The notes beneath the pieces were generated by a model. It was not told the DNA's origin and did not search any database. It was given only the letters and a program-made list of their open reading frames with translations. From positions 15,934,001 through 15,998,000 of the forward strand of contig CM022676.1 in assembly GCA_012295275.1 (NCBI GenBank): a stretch of DNA of 64,000 bases, in the 5' to 3' direction. The translations under genes and the position numbers were made by a program. Shown piece by piece: positions 28,707-42,356 of the stretch (its first letter is position 1; every line of letters starts with the position of its first letter). The stretch is from Chrysomallon squamiferum. Its lineage: Eukaryota > Animalia > Mollusca.

Positions 28707-30020
28707 ATTATATTTTATTCTTGTTAACTATATACATAAAAATGATATGACGTACCTGAAATGACTGTAGGTATAAAATGTTACAAAAAATCCATAAATT
28801 TGGAAAGAACGACATTTCTTAATATAAAACTGACTACATCAGTCTGTCTCCATCAACACAACTACTTTAATTCAGATCCTCGTTCCTAGCTTTATATACA
28901 CTGCACGTTGACTGACGCAGTTTATTTGGTAACCGGACACCTGCTTCAAATAACTTTGTCTTAGGAGCTGAACTGTAACGTATGACACAGATGACATACA
29001 AAAACAAAAACAATTGTCCAGAATAGCGAAGAGAACTTTCTTTGTGGTAGTCTGTCTACCGGTGTCTGTTAATCTTGATCTATCTATCGATCTATCTATC
29101 TGTCTGTATCTCTGTCTATCTATTTATTTATCTATCTGTCTGACTGTCTATCTGTCTATCTATTTATTTATTCAAAATCGATTTTCATTATGTACACTTC
29201 AGATACTTTGATGTGAAAGTGTCCGAATGTGATTGCACGGGTGTGCATCTGTGTATTTGTGTGTGTAACTGATTGTGTGAACAACGACTCACATGTTCGT
29301 GTGTTTACAGATATTCTGTTCTGAACTTTTATGCTGATTCAGTTAATTTTCATAAATTCTTCAGCAAATATCTATCTTTAGTGTCTTGAATATAGTAAAC
29401 ACCGAAATAATTACTTTGTAACTATCGGAGAATCATGTTATTAGTGGTTTGTCAACAGAGGCGCATTCTGAAGCTGTTATCAACATGCAGTAAGCATCAA
29501 ACAATAAATGAATTGTTTTTTGTAAAATCCTATTTTTTCTGTTATAAAGAAAATATATATTGCTAAATGATTATAATAATTATGAACAGTACGATAATGA
29601 ACTATTTCCTTGTGATGCTAACTTTATTTATAAACGGAATTACGAAGCTACGGAAATACTAATTATTTACTGGCAAATCATTCGTCACTTCCGAATCGTT
29701 TTGAATGTTTCTAAATGTTTAGTTAAGATATCACATCCGCATCATCATCTTGAATTGAAATGCTATTATCATCACACCAGTTCACCATATACTATTTATT
29801 TTATGTCAGCGGATTAAGTGTAACATGACTCACACAAAATTATGTAAGAGTATTTTATTTTTAGTTTGTTTCCTGCCTAAATTATAACTGGTTGTGTTTG
29901 TCAATTTAAAGATTTCAGACAATTCTGAAATAAGGTTAGTTCGTTTTTCGCATGTCTTTTTCGTGTAACGTCCTTCATGCACATATTTCTCATTACCCGT
30001 CAAGCCATATAGATCCCCAT
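27640..30020 (+). repeat. Segmental duplication, direct paralog of 51440-53260
   Basis: Shared collinear blocks aaagaagccgtgctactt (27824/51602), aattcagatcctcgttcctag (28869/52531), gaagctgttatcaacat (29470/53071), ttaccc-tcaagcca (29993/53238). Confidence 0.85.
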
Positions 30021-30307
30021 TTCTCTTTTTCTCCATGGTAAAAAGAAACGGAGATATACATATGGATATGAACATGAACACAAATATTCAGTTTTCGTTT
30101 CTGGTGTAAATAATAAAATAATTTAAGTAAGAAACAGTGAATAACGCAACCAATTTAATTGTTGTTGTCATTGTTATTTTTAATTATTATTATCAGCATC
30201 ACCTGTGATCAATTTTATATTAAAGAAAAACAAAAAGTGAAAAAGAAAAAAAATGGAAAAAAAACAACAACATGAAGAACGGTGTCAGTAATGTCAATAT
30301 CTAGAGC

Positions 30308-30346
<39 letters not shown>

Positions 30347-31745
30347 TCTTACGGACAGGTGTAATGGAGTTACTCTTATTTGTTTCAGTGCTGCATGTTT
30401 AAAATGATTATATGTATATGTTGTTTTGATTTTTAAAAACTTGTTGGTTACAGTGTTTTTCTTCAGTGCTCCTACTTTTGCTGTATGTAAGATCAATACG
30501 TTCAGAAATGAACACAAAAATTAACATCGTGATTTGCCGATCACTCTCTCTTCCGTTCTAAGACGAGCGATTGTTTTGATTTAGAAAATGATTGCCATAA
30601 ACAGCGAATTAAGTAATATTGATATAATACTGAATAAGAGCTGCTCACTTCCGAATATTATGAAATCAGAAAAGGATCAGTTTTAAAATTTCGACTATTT
30701 TTACTTGTTGATTAGCCCCATCAGAGAAATTGTCCACTATGGTCAGATAACAGAAACATTTGTTTCCACTATAATCACAGCAAGTACAAACCTAAGACAA
30801 TTATTGTATGTCTGCTTCAAATGGCAGACGTATCACACGTGTTTTTTTCTGCATTGCAGAGTTTGATCTTATTTGCTTATCTGTACAAGTACATAGATAC
30901 ATAGACACACACACAAACACATTTAAAGAAAGATACCTAACAAACACAGATCTATAATTAAACAGTGAAATTAAAGAGGATTACGATTCTTCTGTAAATA
31001 AGTACTGACGTGGTGGACAGTTTATTTATTTCCTTTCATAGAGAAATATATTACTGATAACCTTTATACCTTTGTATGTATGCATGTGCACACACACAGA
31101 ACACGAGAAGCATTAATCTTCAGGTCACATCAAAACGCTGATGCATAAACCAGGTCAAATAAATATAAAAAAAATGTTTGATAGAAAAAAACAAAGAAAC
31201 AAAAACAGTAATAATAATAATAATAATAATAACAAACAAATTAAAAAACACAATTTTTTTCTGAAATATATTGACTAAATAATTTTGAAAAAAGAAATTA
31301 AAAAAAAGATTCATGAAAAGTTTCGATTAATGCGAATACTTATTACAGTTGGCCTGGAGGTGCTTCGCTGCCTTCTTGTTCATGTTTTGCTGAGTTAACT
31401 CTTACTATATTACTATAGCTTGAATTAATCTTAAATATTAGAACCTTGGCCCTATTATTAGCCAACATATATCAACGACAGACAAACACAAATATGTGTA
31501 ACAAGAAAATTACATTTATGTTCTTTGCAGGTGTCAGCATTGTTTCTTACTTCTTACTTTTTTTTTCTGAAATCAATATTTTTACATCGATTTAAATGCA
31601 ACGTGACAACCAGAACGCTCAAACTAGGACTTAAACTATAACTTCCGCATTCAATAGTTAATATGGATTGTCGTCCTTGTATTAGACTGAAATCTAGCGT
31701 TCCACACTAAGTAACATAGGTAGTAACATCAGACGTTAACTTTTA

Positions 31746-31783
<38 letters not shown>

Positions 31784-31832
31784 CAGACACACACACCAAA
31801 CAAAATAATAACACCACAAACAAATAATAAAA

Positions 31833-31877
<45 letters not shown>

Positions 31878-32304
31878 TGATATATGATTACGTTTTTCAT
31901 CACTATCATATTTGGTTTATCAAGGTCATGCTAGGTACATTCATGAACCTGCAAGGTGCCAGTCAGAGAAGAGTAGTCTGACATTTTGTGACCGTGGCTT
32001 CCTCTCATTATCTTTTGAACTCATTTATAATATGTGAATATTTCACTGTTACAAGTATTTCTGCCTAAATGAACATGGATTTATACATTACGACTAGTCT
32101 AACTACATTCTGATCTATATGTATTATTTTGGTACGTCGAAGTAAATATATTTTACAGTTATATTGGATTTGTGAAAATTAGAAACAGGTGCTTTCCTTC
32201 CTGAAGCTGGTACTCCAATTTCAGGAAATCAGCAGGTCTTCGAGTATAGCAACACGAAAATTATTTTCAGTATATATATATATGTATATGTGTGTGTGTG
32301 TTTT

Positions 32305-32351
<47 letters not shown>

Positions 32352-32572
32352 CTATGAGATCAATGTGAGATACAACACATTGGTGAATAATGACTTTATT
32401 AAATGGCGGTTTAATCTGTGAGGTTTAAGAAAATTATGAGTGCATATGATTTTATAAATTTGAAAAAAGTATTTTATCACTATATTATTGCTGGTATTAT
32501 TATCATCATCATCAGCAGCAGCAGCAATAGAACCATCATTAATATTGTCGTCATCATCCTGATTATTAATGC

Positions 32573-32629
<57 letters not shown>

Positions 32630-33769
32630 CATTATCATTGATATTGTTGGTACGGGTGATAACCTTTCTTCACACAAATACTAAATAATTATGTCAATAA
32701 ATAAAATAAAATGAAGTAAAAACTAAACGAAAACAAGAGTGGAATCGCAGTGAAAACGTTTTTGAAATGTCCCCTTTGTGCGCGTTCTGAACACAATTAA
32801 AACATAATTTTCAATATAAAAGGAAAACTAAAGTAAGACAGAATATTGTGTCGAACTCAAATGCATAGTTCACAATATGCTGACGAAAATGTGCAAAAAG
32901 CTACATCATCATTCATTTTTATGTTATTTGTTTTTTGATTGTATTTATCAATTATTATTATTAATTTTGTGTGTGTGTGTTTGTTTGTGATGACAAATAA
33001 TAAAACAAATTATGCTCATTTTAATCTGTTTATGTTCTTTGGGTAATAATTAATTGAATTTAGAAAACAAATTTTTGTTCTGGGCTCTAGTATCACATCA
33101 TCATTATAATTTATTGTCATCGTCTACGTAATAAGTCAGATAATTTAATGTATGTGTGCGCACAAAACATCAGAGTCATATTTTTTTATTACTATACATA
33201 GTTTAATCACAATTAAATGGAGATAACTAATTACAATATCACTAGACATAGATTAATTATAATTTTACTAGACACAGCTTAATCATGGTTTTAGTAGATT
33301 ATAGATTAATCAGAATTTGACTAAGCATATTTTAATCAGCATTATAAAGACTCATCGCAACTATATACTGTACAGTATCAGTTAATTCAAAACATTCAAA
33401 CGAAACACTGTAATTTTAGAACATAAACTACTATTCAAACATACGCTGTATATTATATTGTACTGATGAAAACATAATACAAATATAAAACCCCATTTAA
33501 AACAAATGTGTCTAACGACGTTCTTGTATGAAAAGAAGAATATTTATACCTTTAATTAGTTATCTTTATTAATAAAATTTCATGATTGTAAATAATCATT
33601 TTATGTAATTTCGTTTCCTAAAATTAGGTGTTTTTCAAAGTTTTAACGTGTGTAAGTGTCTATGTACGTACATATAAATGTAGGTGTGTATGTGTGTATA
33701 TATGTATAATAAAAGAAACAAAATAAGTTGTTTCGAAGTTTTAATTAAATACATTAATAATGAGATATC

Positions 33770-33852
33770 TTAATGTTTTGGTTTATAATCACTGAAATTC
33801 AAAACTTCATACGGATGTTCTTCAGTTGACTGACTCTGTTGTAGACTGTTAC
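33770..33852 (-). CDS. Receptor terminal exon (G)[26 protein letters not shown]
   Basis: Acceptor atatttag, phase 1 matches the upstream exon, TAA at 33772-33770, AATAAA on minus strand at ~33565-33570. Confidence 0.75.
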
Positions 33853-34597
33853 CTAAATATAAAAAATAAGAGATGTATAAACATTTTCTTTATGTCTCAA
33901 AAATAATGTGATACAGAAATGCAGGAAAAAACAGACTAACAGAACCAGATGGTTAAATAATAAATAATAAGATATATACAAAATAAAAAAACATAAATGT
34001 GACATATTAACTTGGCTAGGCTGTAATTTACAACAAATATAAAGACAGATATTAATACATAGTAGTGATGAAATAGTTTGTAATACTGCAAAATATCAGT
34101 TTGTAAACACTCTGTACTTATCAGAGAAATATGTTAAACTATATACTTGATTATCTGAGGAGGTAATAAAAAATCCATTCTATTAACTAATCATATAACA
34201 CAAAATAACGCCAGACATTCTTAGCTCAGTATATAAATGACAACATTTTATATTATTACTTTTTCATAATATTTTGTCCAGGCCTCTGTTTCATACTCAT
34301 TTCTTTCTTTACTTCATTTTGTACCTTATTTCTTTCTTTCCTGATTGCCCTGCCAAGAAGTCGTAATAGATATTCAACATAAAGTAAGCCTTCTTGGATT
34401 AAACGTTTAGAAACAATTCCACTTACCCTGTTCAAAAGCAACATTCTCGTATATTGAAGACTGCCGTTGTGAAAAGTTCCTGTGATTTCAGAGACACAAA
34501 ATATCTAAGTGAATTGACTTTTAAAGTTTAATAATAAAAATTAAAGACAGACTGCTCACAGTTAACTGTTAAATAATTTATGTGATATAATAATAAC

Positions 34598-34645
<48 letters not shown>

Positions 34646-37202
34646 CAATAATAACAAAGAGCAATAGTAAAAATAAGTAATAAGAAGAACAATGCAGTTT
34701 TAGATTAACCAAGATACATATATGGAAAAGAAAGAAAGGAAAAATAAGAAAAATATCGAAATATTTTGTTTTAAAAGTATATACTCTCCGAAAAAAGAAA
34801 CGCAAAATGGTTGATTTCTTAGACAACTATTGTAAACTGACACATATCGATGTACAAACTATGAATATAAATAATATTTGGTTATTCAAACGTACAGCTT
34901 TTATTACCGTCGCCAAAAATCAGGTAACACAAAATAAAGGCTATGATCGTGTGTATTAGCCAAAACGTCCCCGCATGGAAACAACGTTACCAGTTCATCT
35001 GCACGTGCGGAACATAAAACTTGAACACGAGGGTAGTAAAAATGCAAGGTTTTCGAATACTTCTGTTCGTCATGTTTGTTCTGACCCAACATCAAATAAA
35101 TGCCACGACTGAGTGAACCGCAACGAAACAACGCCATCGGTCGTTTACAAGCTTGCGAATCCTTCTCGGCCATAGCCCGTGTGTTCCGTGTATCCCCATG
35201 CACCATCTTGAGATTGTGGTATCGGTTCCAGCACCACCAAATAACACGTGACCGTCCCAGTCAGGTAGACTACTTCTACTCACCAGGTTCCAGGACCACT
35301 ACATACGGGTATTTCATGTAATTGAAAGAACCACCACGGCAACCTCTACTGCTTCAGCAATACCAGGTCGGCGTAGAATATCGGCTCAAACAGTGCGCCA
35401 TCGTTTACGCGAGGCAGGTATTTAAGCCAGACGGCCTGTAAGAAGAGTGATTTTGACTCAACAACATCGTTGACTATGACGTCAGCGGTGTCAAGTGCAC
35501 AGAGTTTGGCCTCAATTACGATGGAGAACTGTCTGGTATAGTGACGACGCTCAATTTCTGCTTCATCGAGTTGATGGAAGGTGTCAAGTTTACATACGTC
35601 GAGGTGAATGTTTTGCTGCAAACTGCGTACAGGAAGCGGAAATATTTGGCGGAGGTAGTGTGATGGTGTGAGCAGCAATCTCATACACTGGCAGGACCAA
35701 CCTGGTTCACATGCAAGGCAACTTAACGGCTCACAGATACCGAGATGAAATTTTCCAGCCACATGTCTCTCCAATTATGAATAATGGTAACGCTGTATTC
35801 CAGCACGACAATGTGAGACCACATACAGCCAGACTTTCAACAGCGTACCTACACAACAATAACATTCAGGTCCTGCCCTGGCCCTCTAAATCTCCGGATT
35901 TGAACACTATAAAGAATTTATGGGACGATTTGAATAGACGACAGAGGCAGCATCAACCACTTCCACATAATCCTGCTCAGATGGCATTACTACTTCAGAA
36001 AGAGTGGGCCACAGTTGAACAAGGTGTAATTCGTAATGTCATTACTGCTATGTGAAGGAGATGTCAGGCAGTGCTGGACTCCCATGGTGGGCACACAAGG
36101 TATTGATATTATACTGTTATAACCTTGAACTTTAACCTTTTCATTGTAATACCATCAATATTAAAGAATTGCGAAAGTGTGTGTAAAATGTGAACATTTT
36201 GCTGCTTTATGTTGATATTTCCAATGTCAATAGCATTTTCTTTTGCGTTTCTTTTTTGTTAGAATATATATATATATATATATGTAAGGAAATAAACACT
36301 GAAGTTGATTAATGGATTGTTGGATAATAACAATTAATACATGAAATAAATGTAATCCATCATTCTACACGATGACTACCAAACTGACAGAGTTTGTTTT
36401 ATTATTTCTTGCATAGTTGAATGTTTCCATGTTAAAATACGACAAGGAGAGACATCAAATACACATCACATACATACAGAAAAAAATACACAGGTCACAC
36501 AAAGATATTCACATATCCATACAGATCATATAGAGACATATATACATAGCAAAATATACACATCATGCACAGATATATTCACACATAAACACATGACACA
36601 GAACTGTAGCTCAGAGGTACACATATACTCACACATCGCAAACTGACAGGGACTAACATGCAACATAAACAGATATACACCTGCCCCGTCACAGACAGAC
36701 ACGTACGTGTATCACACACAGACATACAGACAGAAATATGTGGGACATCAATCGGGAATTGCTTACGGTTTGATTCATTGGTTATAGAACCTCTGAACTG
36801 TGGACGTTATTTAATATTAAAGGTTTGATTTCAACACAGAAATAACGAATTGAAACTATAAACCTTTGATGTTAGAATATACTCGTACATTTATAACTAA
36901 TGCAATCTACAATCACTGTTGTGCATGAACACACAAATGCTTGAATACATATACTTTTAGAACAGTAATACACTATATTAATGTATACTGTTAGTTGGTA
37001 TTACCTTGTTTCATATACATGTTCATCTTTTGCATTTCCTGAAAACAAAAAAATAAATACAAATTACAGGCACTAAAATAATAAATAAACAGGCAAAAAT
37101 TGTCTGAACATTTGTAATGTTAAATAATGGTGTTCGATCAAAACTACTTTTATTTTATTTTAGCATGGATAATAATAATAATAATAAGAATAAGAATAAT
37201 AA

Positions 37203-37233
<31 letters not shown>

Positions 37234-38251
37234 CATGATAATTTTATTTTGTTACAAAGCGTATTCCTATTTATCTCAAATTGTTTAAGTATTACATATT
37301 TCCCGATCTATCTCTTTCACAAACACACAGACGTAGAGGAAGATGCACTACGACACACGTTTGCACTTTGAAACTTAAACAAGAAGAAAGAAACAGTACG
37401 AACTTGTTTTCAGTCTACGGTATATGAAGACAGTAGCGACAACAATAAGAGTTAACACGAGAATCCCTGATCCAGCTCCAGCAGCGACTGGTATCAAATT
37501 TTCATTAGACACGTCATCTGAAACAACACTTGTTCATTTGAATAGACATATGCCATACAAACTAGTAGTGCTTGACACATGTAACAAAATATATCCTAAA
37601 GGTATATGTATTACAATACGGCAAATATATTGAAATACAGGTTTTAAATACGGCAGATGTAAGTAAGATAATAAATGTGAAAGTCAAAAGAAAACAATTC
37701 TAAATAAATGATCTGTAAAACAATTGATTAATATTGTTATGATTCAGGAGATGAAAAACAGCTTCTAATATTAAAATCACTTAACGTTAATGTAAAGCTA
37801 TACTGGAATAGAGTTTAAAAAAATCGAAAAGTGAAGATACTGAATATATTTTTTTGTTTATTTAATTTTATTTATTTATTTATTTATTTGTTTGTTTTTG
37901 CTCTCCAACATACTTTCGAACATCGTTTCTCCTCAATCAGTTGATCAATGTGCTTAAAGATGTAACCATTTGAACTAGAATTGTTTTCTAATTTCATATT
38001 ATGAGGCAACTAGAAGTTTCCTAAACCAATTTAAATATCAGTCTGAAAATAATGTAACATTTTAAAAATAGTCTGTGATAAAAGTATTGGAAAAGAACTA
38101 GCCAAAGACTATACAAATACCGGAAGATCATCATCATTGATCATAAGATCATTTACATCCAACATCACCGGTACAGTTTGTTTTAAAATGTTATAGTAAA
38201 GAAAACAACAAGATACATAAAATAATAGTAATAATAATAATAATAATAATC

Positions 38252-38306
<55 letters not shown>

Positions 38307-41300
38307 ACTGTCAGATAAATACGTACTACAAACAAATAAAACAATATTATGTATACCTGTATAGGAAGAAACAAGAAACAGAATATTAAAATGCATGTTA
38401 TCTCATTATTGACATAGGTACCTGTAATAAAAATATCTCTCGCATTTGTAAAAACTGTATCTCCGTATTTGTTATAAGCCAAAATCCTCACAAGATATAT
38501 TCTGTCTGATTTCAGAGACCCTATCACTGTTTTATGGGTTGTGTGTAGACCAAGTTCTAGAAATTTCTCTGTGACGTTGTTCCACTGTGTTGACGTATTC
38601 TCTCTGTACTGTACAATGAATGTTTGCACGAAGCCGCCATTATATTCCTCTGTCCAAGACACTGAGATGGCAGAAGACCTGATTCTCTGCAGGCTCAAAT
38701 GGGAAGGAATCCTCGGTGGACCTTGTAGGCAAAACACAAGTCAGGCTAATTAATGTTCATAAACATGACCATACTAGAATAAGAAATAAAAAATGCGCGC
38801 GCATGAATGTATGTGTGTGTATGTCAGTGTCTGTGTAAATGTGTGTATGTGTGTAAGTTGCTATTTCCATTATTACTGATATTCTAATTTCTGCTAAAAA
38901 AACAGTTACATTTAACAATAAGCTGCACGCTTTGACTGACATCAGACTTGACGTTGTTTCCTGTTTCACAAGTGTAAAATCCTGTATCCAGACATCCAGC
39001 TTCATTCCAGCTGTACTCCACTGACTTGGAGTTGTTCACTTCACGTAGAATGTGTGAGTTGTTTAACAGTTTGATGTGAGATGCTGGATTACTGTCAACT
39101 TCACATCTCAGAGTCATGGGAGTCAGCTCATCAACTGTTATCTTTGTAGACTTCGAGTTTAACGTCAGAGATCTAATAGAAGTTTGGTCTGCAATGATAG
39201 AAACTATTTACTACATGTAATATCACTAACGCTTGATGTGCAAGTGAAACCAGTCAAACACTAGTAATATAAAGAGCAGTATCATCTCTCGATAACTAGT
39301 ACACAAAGTGTCAGTTGTTTTACCGGAAAAGAAATTCTGTTTGTGTGGATGTTGTGGAAACATAAACATTGTCTGCAACACTTTAACTTTTACTTTCACT
39401 TACTAGTAAATTATAATAGACGCTGCAAAAAACAACTAACGCAAATATTTTCATTATCACTTAATGTATGAAATTTATTTATAAAGAATTGTTTTGGTGT
39501 TTTTTTAGTGGAAACTCGGGTTACGAACGCCTAGAAGCACGAATATTTCGGATTAAGCTTTCTTTTGACCTCAACATCTAGTAAAGATAAGTATAGAGGC
39601 TTACTTCAAAACCGAAGTCAAAGTAAGGATTATAGGCATGCCCTACAGCAAATATGTATCATAAATCAGGGTGTTTAGTCTTCAATATGCAGTTGCAGTT
39701 CAATAGCTTTTGGATTGAGATTGTGCTGTCGCATTTTTTAAAAAGCGTTGCTGCTTTTATATGTATGATTCTTATTATACCCTATTATGCGCAAGAAAAC
39801 AAAACGTGAAAGCTATAATGCTGGTGGTAATTATAAATCTATCACAGTAGAGGTTAAGATGGAAATAACTGCAAAACATAAGAGTGCCGTTCGTGTGTCC
39901 GACATTGCTTCGGTTTATGTAAAATTCGGTTTACGAACGGAGTTCTGGAACGAATTAAGTTCGTAACCCGATGTTCCACTGTATGCAGCTAAAACAAAAT
40001 CAGGCTGAAGTTTTTCATACAAGTACTGACAACACGATAGGTAAACAGTGTCAGCAAATCTACAGCACTATCTAGTCAGACACGTTTCTCCAGTTTATTT
40101 TGAATTATTCTGTCAAAATTGAAAAAAAAATGCTTTCCACGCTTCAAATACTATTAAAGGAATAATACTAAAATAAAATTAAAAAGGAAATGAACTTTAA
40201 GAAATAATAATTATAATAAATAAATAAATAAATAAAGTAAGAAATAAAAACACAAAATAATCGTAAAACAGATTTTGTAGGCAGTTCTCGATTGAAAATT
40301 ATTAGAATTTCACAACAGGATAAAGAAAAAATGCAATATAATTTAAAATATAATCAAAAAAGATATTATTGTTAGTGAAAAAATCTTAATATACATGAAA
40401 CTACTGGCTTGGAAGTGAATGCGAGAGAAAACTGGTAAATGTTTTAAACTTTACTCACTAAATGTATCTCATTTTAAAACAAAAATATTTTGTTGATTTT
40501 TATTTCAAATGTAGACAGACAGCAATGAAACAGCGATAACTTTGAAGAAACCGCTTAATACAGTATGTTATTTCAAAATATTTCTATACCTTATTAACAT
40601 GCTTTCATTTAACATATTTTGTTGAGATGAATTAAAATGAAAACGGGGATTCGATATTTATGTTAATGATTTTTCGTGGGTTTCTTTTACATATTATTTT
40701 TGTAATCTGGAACTTACAAAGAACTCTCAGCTGGAACTGGTTACTTCCTGAACGTTCAGATCTATTTGCTGTACATGTAAATGTTTTTCCTGTCTGATTT
40801 CTGCTGACAGGTCCAACAGTTAATACAGAACTCTTAACCAAATACCGATCTTCACTTCTCCACGTGTAGACACAAGATGAGTCACAATTAGCAACACAGC
40901 CTACATTTAGAGTTTCTCCTTCAACAATGTTTCCTGGAGCTGAAGGAATGAATCTAACATAAAGGGTTCCATCTGCAAATAAATAAACAAATAAATAAAT
41001 AGTATCATTATAACAGCAAGTGGAATGTATGGTATCAGTGTATTAATTTATTACAGTCGGAAAAAAATAACAAAAAAACAAACAAGTTAATCAAAATAAT
41101 AATTCTTATGGAACGTAAAATTAGAAAACAAAAACTATGATTAAATTTGATGTTTTCTGCAGGTTTAATGTATCTGAAGATAGCTTTTAAGTAAATGAGA
41201 TAGACTTTTCATATGAACCGATGCAATTTCGTAAAGCTCAGCTGTATATCCAGCGTTATAAAATACAGCCAAGAAGAATAAATGAAAATAGAAAGGTGAT

Positions 41301-42291
41301 TATTATTATTTCTTTAAGCGAGATGGACCTTTAAACTGCAGAAAGTACATCAAGAAAATAAAAATAAAATACATTCATGTATTCATTACAATATAATGTT
41401 GTGACATTCACAAACTTTAACATGAAGTTAAAATAAACAGATAAATAAAAATAGGACCACAGTATATATACATAATTTAATTAATTAATTTTTGAATTAA
41501 TCAATAAAAATTAAATAGAGTCATAAGTAAAGAAAATCTTGAATGACATAACGTAATGTATCCAGTTGCTAGTAGAGACATCTAATGGATAATGACATTT
41601 GAGTGTAAGGTTTCCACATCCAAAAGCTAAATTAAAGACAGAATGTAAGATGGTGATGAACAAAGTAAAACTATTTTGTGAGAAGCTGATGATTACACAA
41701 TTAAATTTTTTGGACAATATGCAACTCGTTTTGTAATTGATAAACAATAAAATAAAATAAAATAAAATAAAATGTCTCCTGAAAACTGACATTGACAGCT
41801 GATACCAGCATCCTCTGAGTGACTACAGTAGTGTTTTCCCCAGCCAAGAAATGAACACTTTTCAACAGTGTCTTCATCTCCATCACATCTCAGCGCATCA
41901 AGCCATATTTGCCCAGTTCCTGCTCCAAAGTGAGCACTTTCATACTGTATTGCATTAAAACTTAAACAAAATTAATATTCATTGTAAAATAAATAATATG
42001 TACAGTAAAATGAACATTATTAAACATAGTTTGCATAACGCCTTAACAGATCTTCTCGTAGTCCTGACGTTTTAAGAAGACATTTGTTACTTTCTAAGTG
42101 ATTTCAACTATGTTTAATATGTATGCTTTGCTACCAAAAGCATAGTCAAAATATCGCCAGCGAAACTGATTTTTCGAACATGACTTGATTATATTTCCTA
42201 TAACGCTCAAGATCATCATTGCTAGAAATTACTATTACTGTTACTTTTTGTTGTAACTGCTGTCGTTTATTCCCCCATCTTCTTCTCATAG

Positions 42292-42356
<65 letters not shown>

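Noticed and set aside
32198-32228. Hairpin ttcctgaa...ttcaggaa as a miRNA or ncRNA
   Set aside because: The stem is too short and there is no other support.
35100-36106. Active or domesticated transposase
   Set aside because: Multiple frameshifts and stops, and the catalytic Glu is replaced.
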